Positions 1 through 12,500 of a stretch of DNA of 64,000 nucleotides are shown here, piece after piece. The notes beneath the pieces were generated by a model. That model saw only the letters and a program-made list of their open reading frames with translations. It was not told the origin of the DNA and did no database searches. Each line of letters opens with the position of its first letter. The first letter of the stretch is position 1. The stretch is taken from NCBI GenBank assembly GCA_040954595.2, contig CM082587.2, forward strand, positions 6,685,705 through 6,749,704. Reading direction: 5' to 3'. Position numbers and translations under genes: made by a program. The DNA is from Balanoglossus misakiensis (lineage: Eukaryota; Animalia; Hemichordata).

Positions 1-2368
1 TGAAAGCATTCTTGTTACCGGTGGCAACCCGTGGGCATACAGGTTAGTGCAATTTTCAGTGAGCTGAGTGGTTTTCCGGACTGTGTGAGCACTCACTCCC
101 TCCCCCAGCTTGCTATCAATAAATAAACAGTATTGGTATACAGGGACAAATCTGTGATAGGGATATACTTACTGTCTTTTGATACTATGTTGAATGCATT
201 TTTGGCATGAAGGTCAAGTTCTGTTGCCCTATTCTGTCATGTTAGTAAATATGCTGAACCCATGCATATATTAATACATTATTTGTTCCGACCATTTAGA
301 ATCCTTATGAATCGATGAAATTCATTGCAAGAAATTTAACTAAAATCTGAACATTAACTACAGTTTTTTTGCTGATGGTCATCTGACGACTTATTTCTGT
401 TAGGACTGCATTGGACTTGGCAGGAATGCCCATATCTGGACACCACGCCACTTATTCGGGAGGAGGGTACGAGGCCATCCTGGGCACCGATTTAGGCGAG
501 GCGCAACGGGTCGTCGACTACCTCTTGGCCAACAGCTGGATCAACAAGTTCACCCACGCCGTCTTTGTGGAGTTCACTCTGTACAACGCCCAGGTGAACC
601 TGTTTGCGTCCGTCACCCTCATCCTGGAGTACCCGTCCACGGGCTCCATCACCCCCGGGGTGCAGATCTCCGTTTTCCGCCTGTACGACTTCATCGGGGG
701 GATCTCGCACATCATCTTCATGATGGCCGCCCACACCGTCTACGCGCTCTCGCTGATGTACAACTGCATCATGATCTGCTACGTGCTGCGCAGCTCGGGG
801 AAGGGCTACTTCAAGGCCTTCTGGAACGTGATCGACTTCTCGCAGACGGCAATCGGCATCAGCCTGGTCGTGATGTACATCATCAGGTACATTGTGACGG
901 TCTACTACACCGGAACGTTGGAGGCATCCAACAGTAAGTTCTTGGCCCAGTTTCACTTTACACATCCTTGCCATTTTACACCAGATTGTGGTTGCCTTAT
1001 TCCAAATGAGTGGACAGTGACACAATGCATGTACCGGGGTATCTGCTGTTGATCAATAATTTGCAATCCATGACACAGGAACCACCACGACATGCATCAG
1101 TGGTATCATGCAAACCACTTGACTCCTCAAATTCCCTATTCACCACATTTGGCTAAATCTTTTCTTATTTTGCAATGAAAACTTTTGGTAGTTTAATTAA
1201 TGACCATTATTATTCCATTGCACGTATAAATGGGACATTTCCTTGAAAATGAAAACATCAACCAATATTGGCCCTTTCCAAAGTAGGAACCTGTGTCTGC
1301 TTGATACAACACACTGTGATGTGAGATTCTTAGGGTATCCAACAGATATTCTTGTTGACACGCGTTTTATTACCGTACTAACATCCCCTTTGTTTTGTCT
1401 TTCCAGGGAGCGAATTTGTCAACTTCCAGTATATCGCCAGCCTGAACGAGCTCTACTCCCTCTTCATTGCGCTGGTGGTGTTCTTCGCCTGGATCAAGGC
1501 GCTGCAGCTGCTTCGCTTCAACAAGCGCATCGGCATGCTGGCGGCCACCATCCGCTACGCCTCGGAGACCCTGATCCCGTTCAGTGTCCTCTTTGGCCTC
1601 ATCCTGTCCGACTTCGCCGCCTTCGGCTACCTGTGGTTCGGCCGCACCCTGGTGAACTTCCGCTCGTTCGTGGACGCCTTCGAGACCCTCCTCCAGACGT
1701 TCATCGGCAAGTTCTACCTGCAGAATCTCAGCGAGAGCCTCATCGGGCCCGTCTACTTCGTCCTCTTCTCCATCATCTGCTTCTTCATCCTCCTCAACAT
1801 GCTGATCAGCATCGTGGTGGACGCCTTCACCCAGGTGCGCCAGGACGTGTCGCTGCAGAGCAACGACTACGAGATCGTCGACTTCATGAAGGCCAGGTTC
1901 AAGCAGCGGGTCAAGAAGACGGCGAAGTTGGTCGTCAAGAAGCTGAAATTGCAGAGTAAGTTAACAGACACGACACTGACATGATCGTCAAGGTTGATTG
2001 TGTGTGCCACCCACTGAAAATCTCTGATTGGCTAGATCTCAATTTGCCATGGTAACTATAGCTAATTTTCCGTAGGTGACCGTATACCTTTAACATGAAG
2101 ACCTGGTGATGAGGCCATGGAATGTACTGCAAGCAATGGTCCTTCATAATAACAGACAGACAACATTTTTTTTTTTCAATTCCTCCCAGGATTTCTGTCC
2201 ATGTTTCAAGAAAAGAAGAAGGAGGTGGAGGCAGACAACTGTGACGTCCTGGTGCAGAAGATGGACGAAGTCTTGCTGAGGGTCTCCGAGTTGGTGGAGA
2301 AGAAAGACACCTGCAAAAACACCGTCAAAAATCCCATGAGAGTGGCAGAAGCAGACACTGAAATCTAA
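1..2368 (+). CDS. Polycystin (PKD channel domain) family protein, PKD1-like/PKD1L2-like; 3' part of gene only
   Basis: Exons <1-42, 404-933, 1407-1955 and 2190-2368 (TAA) join in frame through GT-AG introns. Translation contains PWAYR..L.G.PISGHHATYSGGGY, WINKFTHAVFVEFTLYNAQVNLF, YFKAFWNVIDF, FVNFQYIASLNE, IKALQLLRFNKRI, IGPVYFVLFSIICFFILLNMLISIVVDAF and NDYEIVDFM, typical of the polycystin TOP domain plus 6-TM channel. A short coiled-coil-like tail follows. Confidence 0.88.
2009..2093 (+). repeat. Dispersed ~85-bp repeat, copy 1 (likely MITE terminus ending in CCTTTAA)
   Basis: acccactgaaaatctctgattggctagatctcaatttgccatggtaactatagctaattttcc...gaccgtatacctttaa is near-identical to 4417-4501. 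Confidence 0.8.
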
Positions 2369-4416
2369 AGCGGTTGCATGCGAGGTAGTTATTCTTTTGA
2401 ATGTGAGAAAAAAAAACACGGACCTGGTCCACTTTTGAACGTCTGAGTTTATCTTTCTCCATCATGGCAACTATTGAAATTTTGCTGGCTTCTTTTGACC
2501 CATCGCCCGCTCGACGCAGGTCGATACCCCGACTACAGTCTAATTTTTGGGAGCATGCATCCAGTCCTTGGCAGGCAAAGATGCTTTTGTTTGCTATTTT
2601 TATTGATGTAAATGTCAGAGACAGATTACAACTCTATGAGATATCTGACCCTCGTGACAATCAATACTTCTGTTTAATGCAATCAATCATTTAATGTCAC
2701 ATTGACTATCAATAGTAATACATGTATACTGTTTTACATGAATCTATCATTGTCAGATCTGGTTACAGACTAAGTGTTAACTCCGCGCTAGGATTTTTAA
2801 TCATACAGCATATACATGCATGTTTAAATGTTGGTAGCAGATTGTTCCAAATGAAAATGCATTACATACACCCTCTTAGTCGTAGAGTGTAGTTGTCATT
2901 GACACATTTATCAGGTATGTCCACATGGGCTGGCACAAGTATATTTAGTGTGTCATGAGATCAGCTGCTTTTTCTGAAGCATGGAAGTAAAATTAGCGAT
3001 TTACATTGTAACATATTGCACTGTGCAATGGAGAGGTCAAACATGGAGGTACAGGTACATAGGAGGCGATGAATAGACCATTTTCTGAACCCTGCGAGAT
3101 TCTGTGAGATTTTGCGTGACTAGGCAATTTATAATGGTGAATCATGTTCGTTACACAAGACAAACAACACTTGGCCAAGCTTGTTGCTATGGTAATTAAT
3201 CAAATCTCGTGACGTCTTGCAATGAGCAGAAAATCTCGTATAGTGACTGATGATTGGTTGAGAGTCTAACTGGTGTTTTAGTCATTAATATTCAACATAG
3301 TTTTTACTGTTGTTTGTCTCATAATATGATACAAGGTATATGCAACATCATTTACAAGAGGCTTTATAAAAGGATTTATTCATTATACATAGTAAATTTA
3401 AAATATTGACACCAGTATAATTGTTCCATGTAAATCTTAAAGATTTACGTCACATATCATTGTGGTATATTTAATATATTCAGTTTTTCTTTTCAATTGT
3501 AGATGTTACACTGCTTCAAGCTGTTCAGTAAAGCACTGTGTCAAATAATTCTGTTGATATTAACACGATCAGATTCACTTTATATGTATGCTGGGGGGGG
3601 GGGGGTCGACTTTATGAATGAGGTTTCGGCTGTGACCCTTTTTCTTGCAGCGCCCTCTATAACACTTGTATTTTCCCCTTCGTTTTACTTCGCTTCAGCC
3701 CCCCCCACCCCCTCCAAAAAAAAAATATTCGTTTTGAAACGAACATACCTTTATACCACACGCGCAGGATTCACACTGACTGTAGCCTGATTCAACATGT
3801 AAAGAAGAAATATTTTCTCTTTACATTTCTGAAAGTTGGTAGTTATTTTGTAGTCATAAAACCGGCACAAAAATTTTGTCTTTTCGACACGGCTCCTTAA
3901 AGTGCCTTAATGTATGAATTTCAAGTCTGTGGAACAATTATCCAAGAGGAATATATAAAACACTGAAACATATTTGTAAGACCATGTACAAATTTATTAG
4001 AACAAGTAACACAATATCATACAAGGATTTCAAAGCACAGCTTGCGGACCTCTTGCGAAAAAACAGGACTAGCTCTAACATTGTCTGGACTTTGTTTTCA
4101 CTGAAATGGACCCTCTCATACGCACAGCACTTGAGCGTGTCATTTTTCATGACAATTTTACTCGATCTACGTGCAAAAAATATCAGCGTTTTCTCGCTGA
4201 GGATATTTTTGGAGAGTAACGAGCAAGAGCAATGATGATGCCAAGTTCTTACAGACAGACAGACACCCAACATGGTACGAATTTTGCAATTGGCACGGTG
4301 ATGACTGTAACTGACGAATTTCGGACTAGAATCTAGTGTTTACAATGTATAAGCACTAAACTAGCACCTGCCGGATGCTTTTTATGCTCATGCAAGCTAC
4401 AGCAGGGATGGGTGAC

Positions 4417-4501
4417 ACCCACTGAAAATCTGTGATTGGCTAGATCTCAATTTGCCATGGTAACTATAGCTAATTTTCCATGGGTGACCGTATACCTTTA
4501 A
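4417..4501 (+). repeat. Dispersed ~85-bp repeat, copy 2
   Basis: Direct, near-identical copy of 2009-2093. Confidence 0.8.
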
Positions 4502-6534
4502 TGTACATGTAGGTGCCCAGTTGGTATATACCCAAGGGGCAGCAAATGTCCTAGAACCATCCAATCTGTTCATGTTTTGTTTTTATAATAACTGACATGA
4601 CAATCCAACCTGCACAGTTTAACGTGTCTATTTTGGTCCAAAACATGAAGGAAAAGAAAGTAAACAAAACTTTCTTTGTCAAAGTTCAGTTTCAATGATA
4701 ATCCATTAGGCAGAGATATGCAGATGTGTACATGGACATGGAGATAGTTTTTAATCCAAGTGCTTGTAGGATTAGAATACAACATGATTGTGGGAAACTG
4801 GAATAATGGATTTGAAAACTATAATTAAAGATTTTTAGAAACGCACTACAAAGTGCAGTGTTTCTATAAATTCCAACAACTACAATGCTACATATAGATA
4901 TTAGAATCATGCATACATTTTTTATTCACGTGGTTTGAAAATCCAGAATTATTTCACTGCATTTATAGAGAGGATTTATTTATACAGCCTCTTGCTAAAA
5001 TTACAAAAAAAAAACGTCGCTTAAATTTAAAATACAAAGCTGAAGTCTAAATACAATTATAGCACTAACTGAGCTTTAGATCAATGAACACTAAACATGT
5101 ACACACTAGAAGACAATTTTTAACTTGTACATTCTAATGCCAACACAAATCAACTGAGCAAGATGAACTCCATGGGTTCATTTTGTAAACTTTTGAAAAC
5201 ATATTTACAGTGAGGGGATATGTTTTTAAAAAAAACACAACATGAATACTGGCTGCCATGGAAAAAAATATACTGGGTTAATCATCCTCTTTTTCTGGCC
5301 TTGTATTTTATTTTAATCACATTACAGTTAATTAATCAGTCCATTGTTTCAACAAATCTGTATTGAAAAAAAGCTTTATAATACTACATATTGCATTGTG
5401 CAATTTTTTTTTATCGTGTGTAGAAAAGACATCGACCTGAAGGAAAGTCTACATCATGATTAAGCTATTATTCTTATTCCATAAACTGACAGAGTACTGG
5501 GGTTCACATGTTACATCAAAGAACATTGTCTCCACCCCTTTGACCAGCACTATTTAGTCTAACCCAACTGTTGTCAGTGGTATGGGTTCACCCATAATGC
5601 GGGATGCGCGGGGGTGGAGGGGATCGAAACAGCTCTAATGCAGCAGGCAATGCCATAATTTCAACACGACATAAACAGTATGCAACATTCCTACAAACGC
5701 AAATGTTTGTTACCCCTCACTTCATCGAAATTATAAAACTTCCATTTTCACTGTAGTTTGAACGCCACCCTCAACCCCTGCGCTCTTGCCAGATTTTTAA
5801 CCCCTACACCACAATTGGTTTGACCCACATCCATTGTTTTCTGTGGTAAACTTGGGCCTCTGTAGAGGGAACAGGGGGTGAAGGGGGCATTTTATTTCAA
5901 CTGAGATATAAACAAGGGTAATGAGGTAGACAGCTACAGAATAAACGGCTATCAAACACACATGCTGAGTTAGAGACAACATGATTTCAAAAAGCTAAAA
6001 TACATTACAACAGTGAATTTTTAAAAAAAATGACATGATTCTAAGCTGAGAAATCAGTGGCCAACAGTTAAGACATATTCTGACTGCCTGATGATTGTTC
6101 AAGTTTGTTTCTTTCATACCAATACAGTTTTTAAACTCCCTGTACCTCAATTGGCTTTTTACTACACAGAAAACAGAAAACCACTATTTTGAAATTCTGT
6201 CGAACATGCAAGATTTTTCACCACTCACCTAGGGAGCAAAAACCTATTTAAGGTAGAGAGCATTGTCAGTGTGTATCTCTAACTGTGCCACGATTTCAAC
6301 AGCCACGAATCGCTTAACGTATACAAATATATATCATGTAGATGTACATGTGTCTGAGACTAACGGATTGCACCTTACTGAATGGGTTAAATTCCATATA
6401 TAAATACCACTACGAAGACGAGGGGTGAGACCAGCAGAGGATTTGGAGTACGTCGGGATACGATAGTTGTAGATAATTACTCCTGGAACCGTGATGTTGT
6501 TGCAGGTAAAAAGTCTGCTGCTGGTGTCATTCTT

Positions 6535-9500
6535 CTACAAACGGTTGGGTATATTCATCGACTGCAACCAAACAACAAATACAGCGATACAGTCAAATGT
6601 CGACTTCAATACTAGTGACAGAATGATTAGGTTCAATGTTTCAATTTAAATTCTGAAAATTAGTTTTCAGTTTCAGCTTGTGACAGACAAATCAACGTCC
6701 ACTGACCTTGGCAATGTTCACACCAGTCATGCCCTCGACCACTTTGGGCAATCGATCCATGATGTCCATGACTTCGTTGGTCAGTTTGGCCGCGCCAACA
6801 TCACCCTTGCCAGACGACACCATGGTGACCTTCCTGACCTGTGATAGAGGAGCTGCAATCTCGGCCGCAACCTGAAAATCAGAAAGAAAAAAAAATAGTT
6901 TGTCCAATATATTTGTATAATTTGTGCCGTTCTCCAATTCTACATTGCATTATACATAGGCATTTTACTGTAATGAGCTCCCAGTGAGCCACACCCACTT
7001 CCCTGTGATGTCACTGTATCTCATGAATATGTAATAGCAGTGGAAGCCTTGCAGGGGATACCGGTCTGATACTCGTAGACATGAAATCTGAGGACTGCTA
7101 ACTACAGATCACAAGACAACATCTTCTACATGTACCAGACTGCCCTGACAAACCAACCACAGCTGGCATACACTGGAAAGAATGTACAGTCTTACCTTAG
7201 GCATAGTTTCCAACACCATATCAACCATAGCAGCGTCCTGGTAGTCCTTCCAGGCATCAGCTTTCTTGGCCATCTGCTCAGCTTCGGCCTTGGCCTTGGC
7301 TTCAATGGCATAGGCTTCTGCTTCTCCCTTCAGCTATATGACATGACGACAAAAAAATTTCGTTTTTTTATCCACCAACATTCAAGATGGCTGAAAACCA
7401 CAATGTCACTTTAATACCAAAGCAGTTAGATTTATCATCAAACAGTTGGAAAGTTCATCTGTGCTGGCGAATCGGTGGACAGGGGATTTAACTTTGCATG
7501 TGATCAATTCTTTTTCCAGCAGTTTTCGCTTCATGATTTTGTATGATACCATGACAAACTTACCCTGATAGCCTCTGCCTGGGCTTCAGCCTCAAGAGTC
7601 ACTTTTCTCCTGTAAATCACAAATTGAACACATATCAGTAGAAGTCAGACATAATCTTCATAAATTTCTGTTCTTAGCTCGGGACTGTGTATCTGTGTGC
7701 AGCAAATGCATGTGGCAAAATGTTAAGATCTTGGTATAATACAGTGAATAGGAAACCATGTTAACCAGAGAATGAGTACATCAGGTTGAACACATGCAGG
7801 TGTACAATGTACATAGCTAAGATTTGTGTGTGTGTGTGTGTGTGTGTGGAGGTTTCCAGGTTTAGTAAATTCAATATTCAATTTCTTGGAGAATTACTGA
7901 ACATTGTCAGTGAAAAGCCAAACTCCAGAGAAAGTTGGCGGGCCATTCTACCCAGTTGCGGGTACCCTGCATCTGCAGAGAGCGGGCAAGGCCCAATGAA
8001 CTCACTTGTTAGCTTCAGCGATGGTTTCCAGCCTGTATTTCTCGGCCATGGCCGGCTGCTTGACCTGAGCGTCTAACTCCTTCTCGCGACGAGAGATCTC
8101 CTGTTCCTGCACGTGGATCTGCTGGGAGCGCTCCACCACTTTGATCTGCATCTGTTCCTCTTTGATCTTCTGTTTGGTCTTGGCTGCCTGCGAGGGCGAC
8201 GAATCAGACACAGCCAGGCAACATTACTAAGTTATCTATTTGAATAGTCAATCCTGTCTGTATTTTTGTAGAGGCCAGTTAAGAGACTTTCCTCAACTGG
8301 CCTTTGCAGACAGGTGGCCTTTATAGACAGGTTCAGTACAAAATTGCACAAGGACTGTAACAAACTGGCCACTATATAGAGAAGTTTCCACTATATAGAG
8401 GTAGCCACTGCATTGTTACACAGGCTTGACTGTACTGCCAGGAGAATTAACTTTTTATGTTCTACATCCTCCACTATGTAGGTTTTGGGAGCTTTCTAAA
8501 AAGATAAGCAGACCAAGTGGTCTGAATTTTACCTGAAGTTCGTAGGCCAGCTCAGATTCAGCCTTCTGGGTTTGTACTTCTTGGTCGTACGAAGCCTTCT
8601 TCAGCTCAAAGTCTCTTTGTGATTTAGCAATCTCAATGTCATTAGCATATCTGGCGAACATGGTGTCTTCTTTGGCTCTTGCTTCCTGTCATGATACAAC
8701 AATATTTCGCATGGTTACGGTCAACTTTATTGGCCATCTGACGACTCACTGCCAACACCAACCCATGTCTAGTCACATTGTAGTCTATGATACACACCGC
8801 GCCATTGGATAACATTTAGCATGCGTTAGCAAAAGAACGCTTTGTCAACCAATCAGCGCTCGCGTCATATACAGCTACATGAGAACAGAGTTTGTCTTAC
8901 CTTAATACCAGAGTCCCTCTGGGCACTAGCCTCACCAATGCGAGCGTCTCTGTGCACTTGCGCAGTACGAGACATACCAAGGGCCTTCAGGTATCCCTGA
9001 GGAGGAAATACATGATATTTTTCATTAATTAACCGCAACCTCTAACATCGCTCATTACAAACATGTGTTAATTAATTACATCTTCATCAATTTAGTTTGT
9101 TTAGCTTAATATGCTAGCATAATGTATTTAAGATACTTTCCTGTTTTAAAAAAATTTAAATTAAGAAAAAAATATATGACCCCTGAACCCTGACTAAGCT
9201 TTCTTGCTACCACAGAAACGTGCACATGAACAACTGTCCATGAAAAACTATAAATCTATACAACATTCTTCCAAAGTTGTGATCAGTGTCTGCATTCAAA
9301 AATACGACCAAATTTTGGAGTAATTTACTTAAAGTTCAATATTTTTTTTTCTAAAATTCTAATAGAAATAAAATATTACAAAGCAAAATAATATCTATTC
9401 TCTTTAATAAAACCTGTAGTCTATGGGGTATTCGTTTGTTCTGTGATTTACAAACAACGACGACACTAAAAATTTGTATCTAAAAAATGACTAAACACAT

Positions 9501-12500
9501 GTACTACTACTAGCCTTTCCTGATGATGGGCGCCCTGTCCTCTCATTGAGCTTAAAAAAATAATACAGCAATACAGTTTTTACTATCATATTTCATCACT
9601 GATCTGCTGGGCAGAATGCTTTGCCTCTTGTATTACATGGATACACTATCAAGTGTTAATTCTCAGTCTGTAGTATGTAATTAATATCTGGTGTGTTAAT
9701 TCTACTGAGGCTAATTATATCACAAAGTTATAAATTCACATAACAGGTATAATTTGAACTATTTATAAAAATACTCAATTTCATATTAATAGTCATACTA
9801 ACATAAGTCTAAAATATCAACAGTGACATAAAATCATTCTCATATTTGCTATCAAGCTTTCTGTGGTTTATACCAGCTAGAACTTTGTAGCTCTATCTCA
9901 GACAAAAATAAGTCTTTTCGCATGAATTTCAAGGAAGCCTGACTTTGACAATTGACATCAGGCCCCAGACGATTCTCCAGATTACAGGCGTGTGCTGAGC
10001 TTTCGATCACGGTGCAAAAGCGGTTTTTATTTTATTTTAAAACCCGAATGAATGAGATTAAATTTAAAAGTGTTGGATCGGGAGACTGTCGGACTCAATC
10101 AATACAGTCAATTGTGAAACGTGATGTCATATTGCATAATCAGTGGTATGTATTGAGGCCCACAAATAGCCTTCAATATCGACTTTGTTGACATAACACA
10201 TGTACGTCACACAATCTCCGTGAAACAAGACAGAAATTGTACATTAACACGATTACATGTACTGAATCATGCTGATTAGACGTGTCATCATCTATATACT
10301 GTTGAATCTGATTAACATGTTATAATAATACTTGGTCTATTTGAAACAGTAAAACGGACTATGCAGACAAAAATTAACAAATTAATAGCTTTTAATCACA
10401 AATGTTACTCTGAAACAACATTGTTTTGGGTAACAAATACATGCACAAATTACAATGTAAGATACCTATTCCTATTTGACTTTATATAATCTACACTACT
10501 ATGCTACATGTAGCATACAAAATAAATCTAGCCTGGTTGACAACACACGTAATAATGATACTTACTACATCTAACTGCTAGCATGAAGACTGCATCACAA
10601 CTTACCTGTTCATCTCTGATATCCTTCAGAGTGTAACTGACCACACTGATCCCCATATTGACAAGATCGGAAGAAGCCACTTCAAACACCTGTTTGGAAA
10701 ACTTCTTCCTGTCTTTGTAGATTTCCTGGGAATAAAAAATATTATACTGTTTTTATTTGCGATTCACTGCAGTATAAAAAGAAGGATGTGATGTTGACAC
10801 TTATATAGATGTATTTCATGAGATCGCATCTGTACAGAAATGCAATAATTAACACAGGTGATTTTGTCAAACTTAATCTGTAATGAGTATCATGAAGATT
10901 CTATTAATTTTAGGATAAAATTTTATTTCTTTTTCCCCCCTTTGAAATCATGCACACACCTCTACAGTCATGTTACCCATGATGGCACGTTGATGTCCTT
11001 CCAGAGTCTCCCTGGCTACTTGCTCGATCTCGCTCGTCCTTTTGCCCAGAAACTGCTGGCAGGCAGCCAGCAACATTTCTTGGTTTTGGCCCTGGATTTT
11101 CACCTACAGGAAGGAAATTGTCAAAACTCTTCATGAAACTTTGAATGATCATAAAGAACACACTTACAATGTACAGTGAAAATCTATATTCGCTCCATTC
11201 CAAGTAACATCAAATTAAACCTGCAAGAACTAACTAACACACTCTCTCACACACACACACTCCCTCCCAAATATACACAAATGCCCCTATACTATTATAA
11301 CATACACATTTTCATTACCCAACATATTTACGTACATGTACATGCTCACATGGTACATTGTAGACTACGATTGAAAATCAACCTTGTCTACGACTGTACC
11401 GTTTATACCATACTCCAACCTCTCTACTAAAATTCCCAACAGCTGTAGATGGTGAGGGGAGGGGGGAGGGGAGGCGTGCAAAAGCAAAACCTTCCACAGA
11501 TTTACAAAGACGATTCATTCACTTTCTGTTTTATACAAATATTACCTTACATGCTGTTGTAACAAAAATGTACATCCATAACAGCCAGATCACCAAAGCA
11601 GCTATGTGCCATTGAATTATGCATTCTCCTAAACTCATGAAAATTTGTCATTTTAACCATTCCCCCCCCCCCCCCCCTATTTTCCAAATATGGGTCAACC
11701 AACATCCTTGAAAACAATGGGATGAAACCAACTGTGTTTGTAAAAGGGTAAAGTGTTTTTTTTTCTCCTTCTTTTCAATGTTTCATCATTTTCACAGTTT
11801 GTTGCTGGTAAGGATTTTTTTATAACATCGTTAGCAGGGCCCCGCACACCACCTACCCAAGTTTGTGTTGTTGCATTACTATTGTGGAAAGGATACGCCC
11901 TGTGCAAGTTAAAAAAATATTACTTGGGGGGGATTTCTACAAATGTGCAGTCAAACCTATACCTTATGCACACGTACATGCAGTTACGGGATCATTTTCT
12001 ATGCTACGCTAATGCACCATAGCATTTCACATCAGCGCAGGAAAAAAAAGGAAAAAAAAAACAAAAAACTAAACTATGTACACTGATCATGACTGACATG
12101 TATATATGTCACAAACCTGAGCAATGCCAGTGACAGATACAGGTACCCCCAACCTAGTGTAAACGTTTGGGGTATCTATTTTCAAAGTCATCGTGTTCAG
12201 ACTCAATCGCTGAAGCTGTTGGACTACCGGCCACACGAAAGCCCGGCCACCGGCGACAAGCAAGGGCCGGGAATAGCAGCACCCTACGGAACAAGTTATC
12301 AAATATTAGTATAAAACGCGGCGTGGGAGAAAAAAAACTAAGACAACACACCTGGGCAATGCCTGTGACCGATATCGGCACCCCTAGCCTAGTGTACACG
12401 TTTGGCGAGTCAATCTTCAGGGTCATGGTGTTAAGGCTAAGCCGCTGCGACTGTTGGAAGATGGGCCACACAAAAGCACGTCCACCAGATACAAGCAACG

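Noticed and set aside
492-1959. ORFs 492-1025 (-), 518-736 (-) and 1243-1959 (+)
   Set aside because: Antisense or out-of-frame shadows of the GC3-rich polycystin exons, with no independent motifs.
11695-11907. Possible third alternative FLOT1 exon after an acceptor-like ttgcacag
   Set aside because: No similarity to exons 2A/2B, and early stops in the phases that would be required.
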